In this document: positions 51,699-64,000 of the stretch, one piece after another
Position numbering within the stretch: position 1 is the stretch's first letter
Layout: each line of letters opens with the position of its first letter
From: Geosiphon pyriformis uo1
Taxonomy: Eukaryota > Fungi > Glomeromycota
Assembly: GCA_016748015.1 (NCBI GenBank)
Contig: JAAOMT010000741.1
Location: 641,679 to 705,678, forward strand
Direction: 5' to 3'
DNA length: 64,000 bases
The notes under the pieces: generated by a model
Databases searched by the model: none
What the model saw: the letters and a program-made list of their open reading frames with translations, nothing else
Told to the model about the DNA's origin: nothing
Translations under genes and position numbers: made by a program

Positions 51699-52879
51699 AT
51701 GTTATTTCTAAGCGTAACTAATATAATTCAGCTCTGTACATTAAAATACTCGAGTTTATCACGTTTCCCCTCGTCTTCTCCTTTACTGGCAAATATTTCA
51801 TACCCATACCGTTTTTCCTACTCCCAGACATGTATTTCACAAAACAAAGGGATACTTCTTTGGAGTTCCCTTTTTAAGTTCTCCAGTAGCTTTGCTCGTT
51901 TGCCAGCAAAAGAACGTGAAACTCTCAAAGTTTCGACTCAAAGATATCAAAAAGACATGAAAAGAGCTAATATCTTGATATATAAAGCCCCCAAGGGAAC
52001 TTATACGAAAATGGTGCTTTGGCAATTTGCAGCGGCATTGCAATTAACATTTTGGCAAGTGATTATTATTCAAGTAAATTTTGATATTTACAAATATCTT
52101 ATCTCTCGATCCCTCTGTTATGTGTCTTCAAATTCAGGGCCAATCTGACTGACATCTATTGGCGCGTATCCAAAGAGAGTGACAACTCGAATGCGTGTGT
52201 ATAGAAAATTAGAATTCCGTAAATGACTTTTTCCGCTTTTTATGGGCTCAATTTTTTGAATAGGAGCCCTGAAAAATCTACGCTTCCAAAACGAGTCTTG
52301 ATAATTGGTGGAATGGCGCTGGTGGCTGTAGGAATTGCTAGTGTAATGTTAATTATTCCAGCCAGGTATGTGGGTGATTCTTAATAACACTGACAAAATT
52401 GAGGCTATGCCATTTTCAGTTGACCATGTATCTTCTATTACTGGCAATTCAATTATCATCCCCTTTCTTTACGATTGACTTGTTTCAGAACTATTATGAG
52501 TATGAAAATTCTCAAAAATGGTATAACGGCACAATTAGAAACGGGTCGATCGATACCATGGGGCAGAACACGTAATATCCCTTTAAAAAACCTGACCACA
52601 AATGAGTTGCTGTGTAACGGGCTAGGTATTATCGCGACCTTACTCCATTTGGACATAAAATCATGTGACCTTACTATTATTATTATTGGTTGAACCTTAT
52701 ATGCTATTGATTTTATAGGCCAATCCGGAATAGATTCAAAAGCAAAGCTCAATGCACCGATTTTTATTCGTGCAAAAGATGAACAATTGGCATACATGCT
52801 AGACAGGAATGGAAATTATGAAAATCCAAAATTATTTGATGCTTTATTCTATGAACCGCCGACGAACAAAAAACCTTAG
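51699..52879 (+). CDS. TMEM223/Mrx15-like mitochondrial inner-membrane protein, multi-exon
   Basis: Mitochondrial presequence, LIYKAP, two TM helices, and a C-terminal YMLDRNGNYENPKLFDALFY resembling the TMEM223 family end. Confidence 0.7.
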
Positions 52880-53277
52880 CTGTAGAAGTATAATTACACA
52901 AATTAGAACTCATCAATCGTAGTAATATAGCCGTAACACTTGAATGGACCCTTAACATATATTTCCTCTTTTTGGATGGTGTTCAGAAAATTTCCGAACT
53001 AAATTAATTAGTAACAGGTAAAAATATGAAATGACAGATATTTGTGTGATCAAGATTTTATTTCGGATAATTTCAAAATTCTGAGATCAAAATTGGAAGG
53101 AGGTATTCCTACCATTTAAATATTTGTTTTTTTTAGAAATCCCTTTACAGCTGCAGAGGTTGCAGGTATTTGTCAATTTGTTTATCCAAAGAAATTCCCA
53201 ACTATTTTTTGATGATCAGGTTGCAAAGGTCTTTACATCGAATCGGGCGTAATACTTTAAAGCCATGGAATATATAT

Positions 53278-53701
53278 TTATTTCTTCCCAGGGTCAGGAC
53301 CTGTTGAATTTGGGAAAAGTTTTCGGTTGGTCGCAGCTTCTGTACAGTGGTAGAGTGCTTTTAATTGTTCAATGCATTTTTCTGGCTCTGCAAAATTCTT
53401 GGATAAGCATTCGTCGTATCCAAGAATCGTCAAGTGACACTTTTGTTTCACGTCCCGAAGTTCTGTTACACTATTAATTGATTTTAAGTAGGGATATAAT
53501 AAGGGGCCAGAAGAATTTGAAGCCTCAAGATTATTGAATATAAAAAACAATGACACACTTTTCATCAGAGCACTTTGTTAATTCATGTTTCTCTTTGATA
53601 CAGGCAGAACTCCAGTCTTGAGGATGGTTCTCGACACAAAGTTGATACTTTTCAAGTTGCTCACCACAATACTTGACGACTTGTGTCAATGTGTTCTCCA
53701 T
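53278..53701 (-). CDS. MIX14: Mitochondrial intermembrane-space protein with four CX9C motifs (Mix14/CHCHD5-like), 2 exons
   Basis: MENTLTQVVKYCGEQLEKYQLC...CIKEKHELTKC, intron, then CHLTILGYDEC...CIEQLKALYHC. Exon 1 is missed by the ORF track. Confidence 0.8.
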
Positions 53702-53853
53702 TTTAATCTGTTGATCAAAGGATGTATAGCTTATAACACTATGAACAGAAATTTAAGCTTGATCCCAAAAATCTTTAGTTAAAAAGGATCATCCAATAGC
53801 TGAGCTTTGGGATATTATAATAATCAACAAGTTATTTTTCCTTATCAACAAAT

Positions 53854-55735
53854 ATGTCTTCTGCTGCCGCCTCCTCTTCGTCTTCTATTCACGTAGTTGA
53901 AGAAAGTAGCTCTACGGCTGCTATAGCACCAAATAAACAGCCCACTGTATTATTATGCATTGGTATGGCAGGTTCTGGAAAGACTACTTTTATGCAGGTG
54001 ACAACCGTTTCCTCGAATGTATATAATACCCTGGTTCGCGAAAGTCTTTCCGAGGCTAAAATGTCTTTGGCGCTGACAGCGATTAAACGCTTACTTGCAT
54101 AGCATCAAGAAGCCTCCATATGTAATAAATCTTGACCCAGCCGTGACACAACTACCGTTCACTGCAAATATTGACATAAGGGATACTGTGAATTATAAAG
54201 AGGTTATGAAGCAGTAAGTTTAAAAGTGAGAAATCCGCTTTTGAAATTTTATTATATTAGATCAAGATTTGGTCAAAATAAAATTCAATCTAATTTGTGA
54301 ATAATAGGTATAATCTAGGACCCAATGGAGGCATTCTCACAAGTCTCAACCTTTTCACCACGAAATTCGATCAAGTTTTAGATTTTATTGAAAAACGGGC
54401 TCCAACATTAGAGTATGGTTTACTGAACGAATAGTTTTCTTGGTTTCAACTTTTAATATTTAGAAATTTTCTAAATTTTCTAATTAATTTAGTCACATTA
54501 TTCTTGACACACCTGGTCAAATCGAAATATTTACATGGTCTGCATCGGGGTCTATCATCACCGATGCTTTAGCTGCAACTTATCCATCTATAGTGGCATA
54601 TATAATTGATACTCCGCGTACAACTAATCCCGCTACATTTATGAGCAACATGTTATATGCATGCAGGTTAGAGTATCTTTCTCTAAATATAAAATTTTAT
54701 CATTTTCATTTCTTTTCTCTAAAACTTAATTGAATTTTTTTATGTACAGTATACTTTATAAGACCAAACTCCCTTTCATCCTTGTTTTTAATAAAACAGA
54801 TGTAGTGTCTCATAAATTCGCAGTTGAATGGATGACTGATTTCGAGGCTTTCCAACAAGCATTACAAAAAGAATCGAGTTATATGAATACTCTGATGAAC
54901 TCCATGAGCCTTGTGTTAGACGAATTCTATAAGCATCTTAGAGTAATACTTTTTTTTATCTTGATAATAATTTAAATTCTTCAAAATTGATGGTTATACA
55001 CTTTTTGCTAACTAAAGGTAGTAGGTGTCTCGGCTATGACGGGTGAAGGGATGGATGAATTCTTTGAGGCCATTAAACAGGCCGTTAAGGAATATGAAAC
55101 GTACCTTAATTAAATTCGCTATTTATTGAATTTTAGTTTTTGATATATGCTTATCTTTTTTCACTAATTCATAGTGAATATAAACCGGAAATAGAAAGAC
55201 TTGTAAAAGAAAAGGTGAATGTTCTATATTATGAAATTTTCATGATAATATTAATCAATTTATTAATCAATAGGCCCAACGACTAGAAAATGAAAAACAG
55301 ATGCAACTTAATAAGCTAGTGAAAGACATGAACTTGTCTGGGAAGCCTGCGAAAACAGAAAGTGGCGAGTACCTTGAATTATTTCCTTATACAAATAAGT
55401 TTGCTGAGAACTCTTTGGTTTTACTATTAAACTTACTTTTCGAAAAAACCTTTAACCAAACTCAGATCCTATGGTGGAGGATGATGAGTATGATGACGAC
55501 GATAGTGAGGATGAGGATGAGGATGAGGGTAGGGGCGAAGAGCTAATTAAAGGTAACACACAGACTCAGAAATTTTTTACAATTTAGGATCTATCCGACT
55601 AACTGCATTATTATTGTTTACACCTAAGATGAAGATTATGAGGCAATGGAAAAACATCAGAATACGATTGAGGATGAAAGTTTTAGTCGATGGCTGTCTC
55701 ACGCACGTGAAGGTGGTGGTGGTGGTGGTATTTAG
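53854..55735 (+). CDS. GPN1: GPN-loop GTPase 1 (Npa3/XAB1), multi-exon
   Basis: [55 protein letters not shown] and an acidic C terminus. Confidence 0.94.
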
Positions 55736-56367
55736 CTGAACGGACAAAATTATAACACCAAACATGGAAATTTGTTCCTTTGCTGTTTGTAATTTTGCTG
55801 CTGATGTCGTTTTCTAAAGTTCAATTTTATGTTTGGTGTGCTTTGAAATATTTTGGGTTCTCGCTTTTGGCAAATTTATGGCTAAATTATTATCAATATT
55901 TTTGATCATTTAATTCATTGAAAAAAGAAAAACAATATATGGTCATAAGACAGATGAAAAAGTAGCTTATTTTCATTGTAAAAGAAAATTAAAATATTAA
56001 ATTTATAATATTTTATAAAATGATTGATTGAATTATAATTAACATAAATTTAAATTACTTGAGTATATTTTTAAAATATCAAAATAGTTGAATATTTAAA
56101 TAAATAAAAATCAATTTATAAATATTACTTGGATTAAGCCATTTTTTAACTAAATTTATACTATTAGTAAATTCATTAACTTATTTTTTAAAAAAAAAAT
56201 TCAATTTTAAAAAAATAATAATAACTATTGCTTAATAATGATCATATTGATTATTATTATTATTATTATTATATTTATTATTGAAGTAGATTTGTTGATA
56301 AAATTTAATATAAGATTGTTTTTTTATTATTTTTAATAATCAATTAGTCTTTTTGTTTACATCAACT

Positions 56368-56800
56368 TACAGTGTACATTTTTTTATCCATTATCTTAGT
56401 AAAACAATGTAAATACATCTTAAAAAGCCACTTCATCCAAAGATTTTTTGTCAAATCTTTTAGGATTGGATGAATAGGCTAATTTTTCTTTATATAATCT
56501 TTCAACAGTGTTTTTAGAGAACTGAAAAGTTAAGGCATTTTTTTCAATTGTTCTTGAGCTCATTTTTCTTTTAATCGTTTATAGGGATTGGTATAGATTT
56601 TAGTCATTTTTTTGACATTCATCTTCAAATGTATTTGAGATTTTTGAATATAAAATTAGCATAGATTTTTTTTGAGTTTGGTTTTCTAATTGATTTTATG
56701 ATATTTCTTGGTTGGGCTGGTTCCTTTTTTTCTGATCGAAAGTGCCAGTTTTGTGATATTTTTTTATATATTGTGCAAAGTTGAAATCATGAGTTTCCTT
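56368..56800 (-). mobile_element. Possible Tc1/mariner-like DNA transposon relic
   Basis: TA|CAGTG-type end at 56368 and an HTH-like remnant ISTLHNI*KKYHKTGTF near 56740-56790. The second TIR was not clearly found. Confidence 0.3.
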
Positions 56801-57503
56801 TAATGAACGCACGACGTTATTTCAAAAGTATAAAACTGTTCCAAATTTTTTATATAGAAAAATAAAAAAGTTTATTAAAAAGAAATGCAGAGGAATAATG
56901 CTAGTATTTAAACGAAAAAATAAAAGTTACGTCGCGTAATTTTTATTCAAAATTATTTCCAACAGAATGTAAATAATAATGATAATGTTCTCATTCACAA
57001 TCAACAAATAGTATTGGAGAACTCAATAATGTTCAATTATTCAATAGTAAAGAAAGAAAACTTTGTATATACCTGTATCAAATAGATCAATATATAGTAT
57101 TAAAAAGTTTTCTTCAAGCCTTTTGAAATATTTTTCCACGAAAAGTTTAAATTTTGAGTGTCATCTATTATACTATTTCCTTTGCAGAAATGTAAGTCTT
57201 TTTAGAAAAACTGGACAAGGTCTACATATTCATTGCTGGTTTAAAAATCTTTAACAATCTTTATTAGACCCTTTAAAATTTTTTTTACCTGTTGTGGTAT
57301 TAGACATAATTCCTTTTAATTAAATTATTGGTTTCAATCAAACTCAAAGGAAAATCATTTTATAACTTATTCTTTCACATTTTCTTGAAAAATATATATT
57401 GAGTCCTGACCTTGATTATAAATACCTTAATAAACGGATCGCAATAAAGGATATGAGGGGTGTTCATGTCTACAGTCTTTTAAAAAGTTCGAGAAATTAA
57501 ATA

Positions 57504-57542
57504 TAAAATAATAAAAATAATAAAATAATAAAATAATAAAAT
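57504..57542. repeat. (TAAAATAA)n tandem repeat
   Basis: About 5 copies of an 8-bp unit. Confidence 0.7.
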
Positions 57543-59556
57543 GTAGAAATAAACCTTAATCTCTTATACTTTATAAAATTTAAGGATTAAAAAAAAATCT
57601 CGAATTTGTGACTCAATTTAATTAGACTATTTTCACTTAAATTATATATTTAATATAGAAAGTTTAAAAAATCATTATTTACTAAAACTAAAATAAATCT
57701 TAATATTATAATCTTATAGTTCATAATTTATTTACTGATCTCTGGCCCCTTTTTAATATTATCGTTTTAAGTAAGATTAGGAGTTTTGAAGTTAACTGAT
57801 TTAATCATTAAATATATAAACAAAGATATATATATATTAAAATTTACTTTATTTTTTGCTATTTGTTGTTAATATTTTTTAATATTGTTAACAATAATAT
57901 TAAATAATCAATTTATAATATATTTTTTTTTGTATATGCAGTATATCTATAGATTATTAACACAAAAATTTTATATTTAAATCTTTTACTAAAAGTAAAA
58001 TTACATAAATGAAAAATTTCAAATTTTTGGATCAAACTATCAATATTAATTAAGGATCTCTTTATACTTTTCTTTTTGATACTGGCTCTAAAAACTCGTG
58101 ATTTCAGTTATATGAATAAAAATTTGCTTCAATTCTAGGTCTATGTAAAATTCAAAAGAAAAAGGCATTACAAATTTGGATTTATAGTATGACGATTTTA
58201 ATCATAAAAAAATAAAAATAATGTTTAATTTGGAGCTTCGAAAATAAAAAAAATTTAAAGGTTTAAAAATATTATTTATTAATGAGTTTTATTAAATATT
58301 AAAAGCAAAGACAATAATTTTAAAAGCTAAAATATAAAGATAAATAAAAATAAAAATAAAAATAAAAATATAATAATACAAATTAGAAATTAAAAATTTT
58401 CAAGATGTATAATGATTTTATGTGAAATACAATAAAGAACCCTTCATTCAGAAAAAGACAGATCTTTTGGTTTATATAAGAAATATCTAATGATGCGAGA
58501 TGCTTACATAAACTGAAAAATTACCAATTTCGTTTTTTTTTTGCTTTTACAAGCTAGAAAAAAAATTTCGAAAATAAAATTGGTTCTTAAAAGATAATAA
58601 ATACTCCTTAATTTTAAAAAATACTTTATAGTCGCTCTATAGAAAAAAAAAAACAAGAAAATATCTAATTTTATTAGTGTTTTATAATAAACCAAGTGCG
58701 TTGAATATTTTCCAAATTTCAACTATTTCAAAATAACAAAATAACAAACAAAAAACTTAAAAAACATTAAAAAACCAGTTAATTATAAATAATATTGGAA
58801 AAAGTCCTCGGCGATCATAATACGAATTTTATATCGGCCGATTTTTATTAATTTTTAGAACTTGCTACGAACACAAATTAATTTTAAAATCATTTTAACT
58901 TTGGATAAATTTTTCGAATCAACAATCTATTTGTCATTGTAAAATTTATAATAGCAAATACTGAAAACCTTTATCCAAATTTGAAAGGAGTAAGTTAAAG
59001 TAAAAGAGAACAAACTCGAAAAGCTTTGAAGCCTCATCTGTTATTTTGCTCATTTGAATATTCCCGTCACTCTTCTGAATGAATTTGGGAGCCACAATTA
59101 AATATGGAGCCAGAAAAATTCCGCGTAAAATTCAAAAGACTTGATGTGAAATAGGTAATGTAAAACTTCGAAATCGAGGATAATTGTGCCATCTTTCTTA
59201 TTTTTTTTAAATAAGTTTAATATTATCAAAAATCGAAGACCTCCCACTGTTATTGGGGAGAGGTTGTTCTTTTTTAAACCAGCAATTACTTCTGGCAGGA
59301 AATAGTTTCTTCTATACAGAAGAAATTCTGCTATGCTTCCCACGCTTCATTAGTTGGTCATTTATACAAGCTAATTCATTAATGACACCCACTCCTTAGG
59401 ATACTTTTTTTTTATCCACTTGGCATCACTTGTTAAATGAAAATGAAACAAGTATATTTTCGAAAGACCATAAATTTCGCATGATCTTTGAAAATCCAAT
59501 TCCGAAACATCAGATTGTGCTTGTGATTCCTCATGCGATCTAGCAGCAGCAGCATA

Positions 59557-60267
59557 TCACCGACGTCTTAGCCGGCCAGTTAATAATGAAGTCAAATACA
59601 TTTCTGCTGTTGAATTTCCCAATCGGCCAATTTGGCAATACCACTTGATCGCATAATGAACATCTTTTCTCACTCCATATCCCACTTCAAAATACCTACC
59701 CAAATTTTGTTGCGCCTTTTCATTTCCATTTTTCGCTGACAAATTACACCAATAAAAAGATGTTTTTCGATTCCTTGCCGTGGCAATTCCATGAAGATAG
59801 ATCCGGGAAAGCTCTAACTGAGCATTCGAATCACCTTTAAGTCCTGATTTAATTAACCAACTAATCGCCTGTTCAAAATTTCGTTTACCAAAATGCCACT
59901 TTCCCAGCTCATATTGTGCAGCTCGATTTCCATTTTCGGCTGAAGTGACCAACCAAAAATGTGATTGCTCATGATTGATCTGGGTGCCAATTCCATATTC
60001 ATGACATCTCGATAATTCCAATTGACCATTTGGGTTCTTTTGAGTGGCAGATCTTTGAGACCAGAGGAACACTTCGATATCATTTTTTTCAACTCCATAA
60101 CCGTCCCGATAAAAAGTTGCGATTCGATACTGAGCCGCGGAATTCCCATTGTTGGCTAGTGAAAGATACCAAGTGAAAATATTTTTGTGAAACTCGGACG
60201 TTCTGGATTGCTCCCGGAGATGCTGAATATTGATTTCGTTTTGAAGGGCTATCATGTTACGAAACAT
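59557..60267 (-). CDS. Sel1-like repeat protein (about 5 SLR repeats), intronless
   Basis: Repeats AQYRIATFYRDGYGVEKN, AQYELG and AQQNLGRYFEVGYGVRKDVHYAIKWY. Confidence 0.9.
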   Translation of the reverse strand: MFRNMIALQNEINIQHLREQSRTSEFHKNIFTWYLSLANNGNSAAQYRIATFYRDGYGVEKNDIEVFLWSQRSATQKNPNGQLELSRCHEYGIGTQINHEQSHFWLVTSAENGNRAAQYELGKWHFGKRNFEQAISWLIKSGLKGDSNAQLELSRIYLHGIATARNRKTSFYWCNLSAKNGNEKAQQNLGRYFEVGYGVRKDVHYAIKWYCQIGRLGNSTAEMYLTSLLTGRLRRR

Positions 60268-60683
60268 TTCACTAAAAGTTTACGACACTAATTTCTAACT
60301 TTTTGACAAAGCTTACTTCATCAAATTTTGAAATAATTCGTCGATTTTAATGATGTTTGATTAGTAGAAAAAGACCAAAAAAGGGGTAGAATTACAAGAT
60401 CACAATTTTTCATTGACACCCATTGTTGTGTCAACTTATGTCATTTGTTGATCATTAATCATGGGGGATCAATTTTCGAGACTTGATAAATGATAAATGA
60501 TAAATTGATGCGACAAACTTGATCGTGATACATCGTTACACAATCAGAATGGGACAGCAAAAACGAAAATTAATAGGCTATTTGGCTCTGATTATAAATT
60601 TATGCATGCCAATACAACTAATCTATATTTCTAAATTTACTATTTTAAAATCGTAATCCCGACTTTTCAAACTTTTAAGACAC

Positions 60684-61421
60684 ATGGAAAATTATAAAAA
60701 GTATAGGACAAAAAATAATAATAAGATTCATCCACATTCATCTCAAGAAATTCGAAAACAAGCAGAACTCCAAAGATCCTGGAGAAGATATTTAAAATCA
60801 AAATTTTTCGCTTGTCTCGATGAAGGAAAGTCACATTCTCAGATCAGTAGTTTCTTTAAGAGCATTTTGATAGGATCCGAAGAGATCATCAACAAATCCA
60901 CGCTGATCTCTGAAATAGAGATTCATTCAAAATCTTTCAAAGATCATGTCTTTCTCGGTTTTCTCCACGAGGAACTAATGGATGAACAAATTAAAGCGCA
61001 GGCACATTACGAGATTGGATCTGCGAATGGAAACCCGTATGCACATTATTTTTTGGGATGTCATCGACTAAGATATCCGTTGATCTACGTTGTTAGGACC
61101 CAAAGACCTGAAGATAAGTATACGACTCGTGAAAAATCTCTTTTTTATTTGCGGAAAGCAGCTGAACGAGGGATTCTACTGGCTCAATATCGCTATGCGC
61201 TACATACAAAGGTACCTAGCCTCGCAGGATTTCATTTTCTCAAGTGTGCTGCTGAACGTGGACATCAGAATTCGTCAATAAGGCTCGCAAGGTATTATGA
61301 ACGGGGAATGGCCACAAAACAAGATTTACATGAGGCCTTACGTTGGTTGAATCAAGCGAGTAAATGTGATTTTGAAGCTTATTTGGAATTGGATTCAATT
61401 TTCAATAAGGTTGAATATTGA
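60684..61421 (+). CDS. Divergent Sel1-like repeat protein, intronless
   Basis: YLRKAAERGILLAQYRYA, FLKCAAERGHQNSSIRLARYYERGMATKQDLHEALRW. Confidence 0.85.
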   Translation: MENYKKYRTKNNNKIHPHSSQEIRKQAELQRSWRRYLKSKFFACLDEGKSHSQISSFFKSILIGSEEIINKSTLISEIEIHSKSFKDHVFLGFLHEELMDEQIKAQAHYEIGSANGNPYAHYFLGCHRLRYPLIYVVRTQRPEDKYTTREKSLFYLRKAAERGILLAQYRYALHTKVPSLAGFHFLKCAAERGHQNSSIRLARYYERGMATKQDLHEALRWLNQASKCDFEAYLELDSIFNKVEY

Positions 61422-61968
61422 AGTAGGGGTGGTGGAATCTGGAGGCAAACAAATGTGATAAATCGACCATACTGCTTCCAAAGATCAGATTTTGGTTGTA
61501 TCTGAGATTTTGAATCTATTAAAAACAAATCTTGAATCAAAGATACTTTTGATTTTCTTGAAAAGATTTTGATGTTTCTTAATTATTACCTGAGGAATTT
61601 GAGTTAATGAAGAAACCTGGGACAGAAGTAGATTCAAAAAAAGGGAGGAAGTTATGAATACAATTTTCTTTTTCAATGTGGTTTCAAATGTTAATTACTT
61701 TGATATATGAATTTCAATTGAGGTTTAAAAAGATGCTAGAGTAAAATTTATATTTGAATATTAAGAAAGGTTTAGAGTTGAAATGAATCACCAATACTCA
61801 TTATAATATGTTCAAAAAGGGAGACGATTTTCGGCTTTCATTTTCATTTTATTAATTAAAATGCAGAAAACAAGAAACCAGCAAGACTCCTCTTGAAAAG
61901 TGGTTATGTAAGTTAGGGATTGCTAGAAATTTTTTTTTTAGCATTATAAAAGGTTTGGAGTTTGGCGA

Positions 61969-62013
61969 GTCAAAAATCAAAATCAAAATCAAAATCAAAA
62001 TCAAAATCAAAAT
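61969..62013. repeat. (AAAATC)n tandem repeat
   Basis: About 7 copies; explains the spurious KIKIKI/ILILIL ORFs. Confidence 0.85.
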
Positions 62014-62226
62014 TCTCGGTGGTTGTATACAAAATTTTGTTTTTTGTAAATGGGTATGCTTTGATTCGGAAAAAAACACAAAATTTGTTCTGAAAATCGG
62101 TTTTGTATATATATATATATATATATATATCTGTAAAATTCCAATTAGAATTGAGATAATAATTGAAATTTAATTTTCAATTCAATGCTTTTTGAACTTT
62201 TTCACTTAAGCTTCTATGGTATTTTG

Positions 62227-63666
62227 TTAACAAAATCCCATCGTATACCCAAAATATGGTCCGTTATGTGCAGTAGTATCTACGAGATCTTGGTATTGGT
62301 TGTTGCAATCCTGAATTTTAATTTTTAATTTTTAAACTTTTATCAACCTATTGGACGCTCAAGAAATTCAAATTTTTTTATTCAAAGAGATTAAATTATG
62401 AAAATTTTTTACATACCTTACTCTCATTTATATATCCAGATTGAAAATCAATAATACGGCCACGACATCCATAAACGACTGGGAACCCTGAAGGATCACA
62501 ATCATCACAATCATTCGAAATCCATAGTTCTAAAGTATGATGAATGAATTGTTTTCCACCTTTTTTTGGAGGTAGCCTTGGAACAAAATCATCTGTATGG
62601 GTCATTCGGTAAACACGTACATTTTCTCTTGACATTAAATTTATGAGGTTTGCGAATTCTAAATTTCCCATTCGTGGTTGGCCGAATGTGAAGACTTGGA
62701 ATTCAACCATTGGAAGATTTTTGTACAATTCTAGAGCTGTGAATACTGCATGAACTGATTAGTTCGAAAAAAAGTTTTTATCAAATAAGAATAGTCCCAT
62801 TCTCTTCTTCAAGTGATGATATAAAATGCCGAAAAAGAAATCAAGCCAATCGCAAAAGAAAATTTAATTACCAGCGCCCAAACCATGCCCAATAAAATTA
62901 AGTCGAACCTTATCGGTTGTTTCGGCTGGATATAATTTCAAAACTTTTAAAATTTTCCTTTTAATATTATCAAAAGCTAATTTCCATTGGCCATAAAATA
63001 AATTATCAACTTTGATTTTATGTGGGTAGCCTTTCAAAGGAATCAGTTTGGATTGTCTTTTTATCCATTGCTCGAAAGAATAGATATAACCTCGAATATA
63101 AACATTTATGTTTGGTCCTCTGGGACCATCCTGAGATATTTCTGCATGACCTTTTATGGACCGTTAAATGTTAAAAAAAATCAAATCAAATCAAATCAAA
63201 TCAAATAAAATCAAATGTGGTATAATTCTAGATCAAGTTTTTTTCTCTAACCTAGTATTCCAGGTGCAAGTTCATCATCAGAACTCTCCTCGAGACAATA
63301 AGCTAACTTTGCGAAAGATGCTGCACTTATATTTTCTTGGATTTCATTGGAAGGAAGAGCAAGTTTCTGTGGTAATGGATTTATTGTTAAATTTCTTTTG
63401 AGGATTTCTTTTCGCTCAGAGATGGAAAGATTAAATATATGAGAATGATTTGAAGTTTTGATAGGATTTAAGATTGAATTTGGAGTATTTAATAATAATA
63501 TATCTTGAATAATTTTAATATTTATTTTTGTGAAATTATTTGATTTTTTTGAAATAATTGGGGTAATATCTACCAGAGAAACCCCAATCCGGTAAAAGAA
63601 AAAGAGAAGAAGGATTAATATAGATAAAATACTAAATCTTATTCGAAAATTGTAATAATAATTCAT
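62227..63666 (-). CDS. Class 3 lipase-like protein with N-terminal signal/anchor; nucleophile motif GHGLG (Ser>Gly); 4 exons
   Basis: FAKLAYC, FIGHGLGA, VFTFGQPRMGN, RMTHTDDFVPRLP, HHTLELWI, final exon CNNQ...AHNGPYFG. GT-AG introns. Confidence 0.85.
63178..63216. repeat. (AAATC)n tandem repeat in lipase intron 1
   Basis: aaatcaaatcaaatcaaatcaaatcaaataaaatcaaat. Confidence 0.75.
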
Positions 63667-63967
63667 TTTGGAGTCATAAATTCATCTAAAGAAAATACAA
63701 AATGAAAAGGAAAATGAAAAGGAAAAGGAAAACGATTTTTCGTATTTAGAATAAAAAAAATTTAGATCTTCAGTATCTGAAATTGCCTAATTTAGGGTTA
63801 AACGGTAAAAACCTGTGATATGAGGAGTTCGGAAAAACAATGGGTATGTAAACATTTTTGAATAGTATTTAGATTGGGAATTCCTTATATATGGGAATTC
63901 CTAACATGTAAAATGAATGACTAATTAAAAATTGAATTTAACGAATCTATGTATAAATAAAAAAGAT

Positions 63968-64000
<33 letters not shown>

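Noticed and set aside
59098-59343. 81-aa minus-strand ORF downstream of the Sel1 gene
   Set aside because: Non-ATG start and no motif.
61852-62173. ORFs with ILILIL/KIKIKI/YIYIYI runs
   Set aside because: These are translations of (AAAATC)n and (AT)n microsatellites.

Overview
Eukaryotic, intron-rich and very AT-rich fungal DNA. Gene content (short GT-AG introns, Sel1-repeat genes, a class-3 lipase-like gene) and the TE families point to a Glomeromycotina fungus, most plausibly Geosiphon-like; this is inference only. Bases 1-26.1 kb are a nested retroelement pile-up. It holds three same-strand copies of an APE-RT-RNaseH-CCHC LINE at three stages of decay. The youngest copy is inserted into an older one with a 10-bp TSD, and a full-length Ty3/gypsy element (LTRs 16608-17273 and 23582-24251, 4-bp TSD) is inserted into the third. 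Bases 27-64 kb carry host genes separated by AT deserts: SUR2, Pumilio/PUF3, NDUFAF7, a PB1-like membrane protein, an unknown ~690-aa protein, TMEM223/MRX15, MIX14/CHCHD5, GPN1, two Sel1-repeat genes and a lipase-3-like gene. This part also contains an ORF1-only, poly(A)-tailed retroelement (39670-41948). Main highlights: (1) repeat-restricted C:G>T:A hypermutation in all contexts (about 70 transitions vs 1 transversion between the two LTRs by hand alignment), RIP-like but not CpA-biased; (2) a HAL1-like ORF1-only element that shares a 3' stem-loop with the autonomous LINE; (3) a gypsy third ORF running into the 3' LTR, whose C-terminal helical motif resembles a domain of a host gene in the same window; (4) a lipase-like protein with its catalytic Ser replaced by Gly. 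All counts and alignments were done by eye and need computational confirmation.
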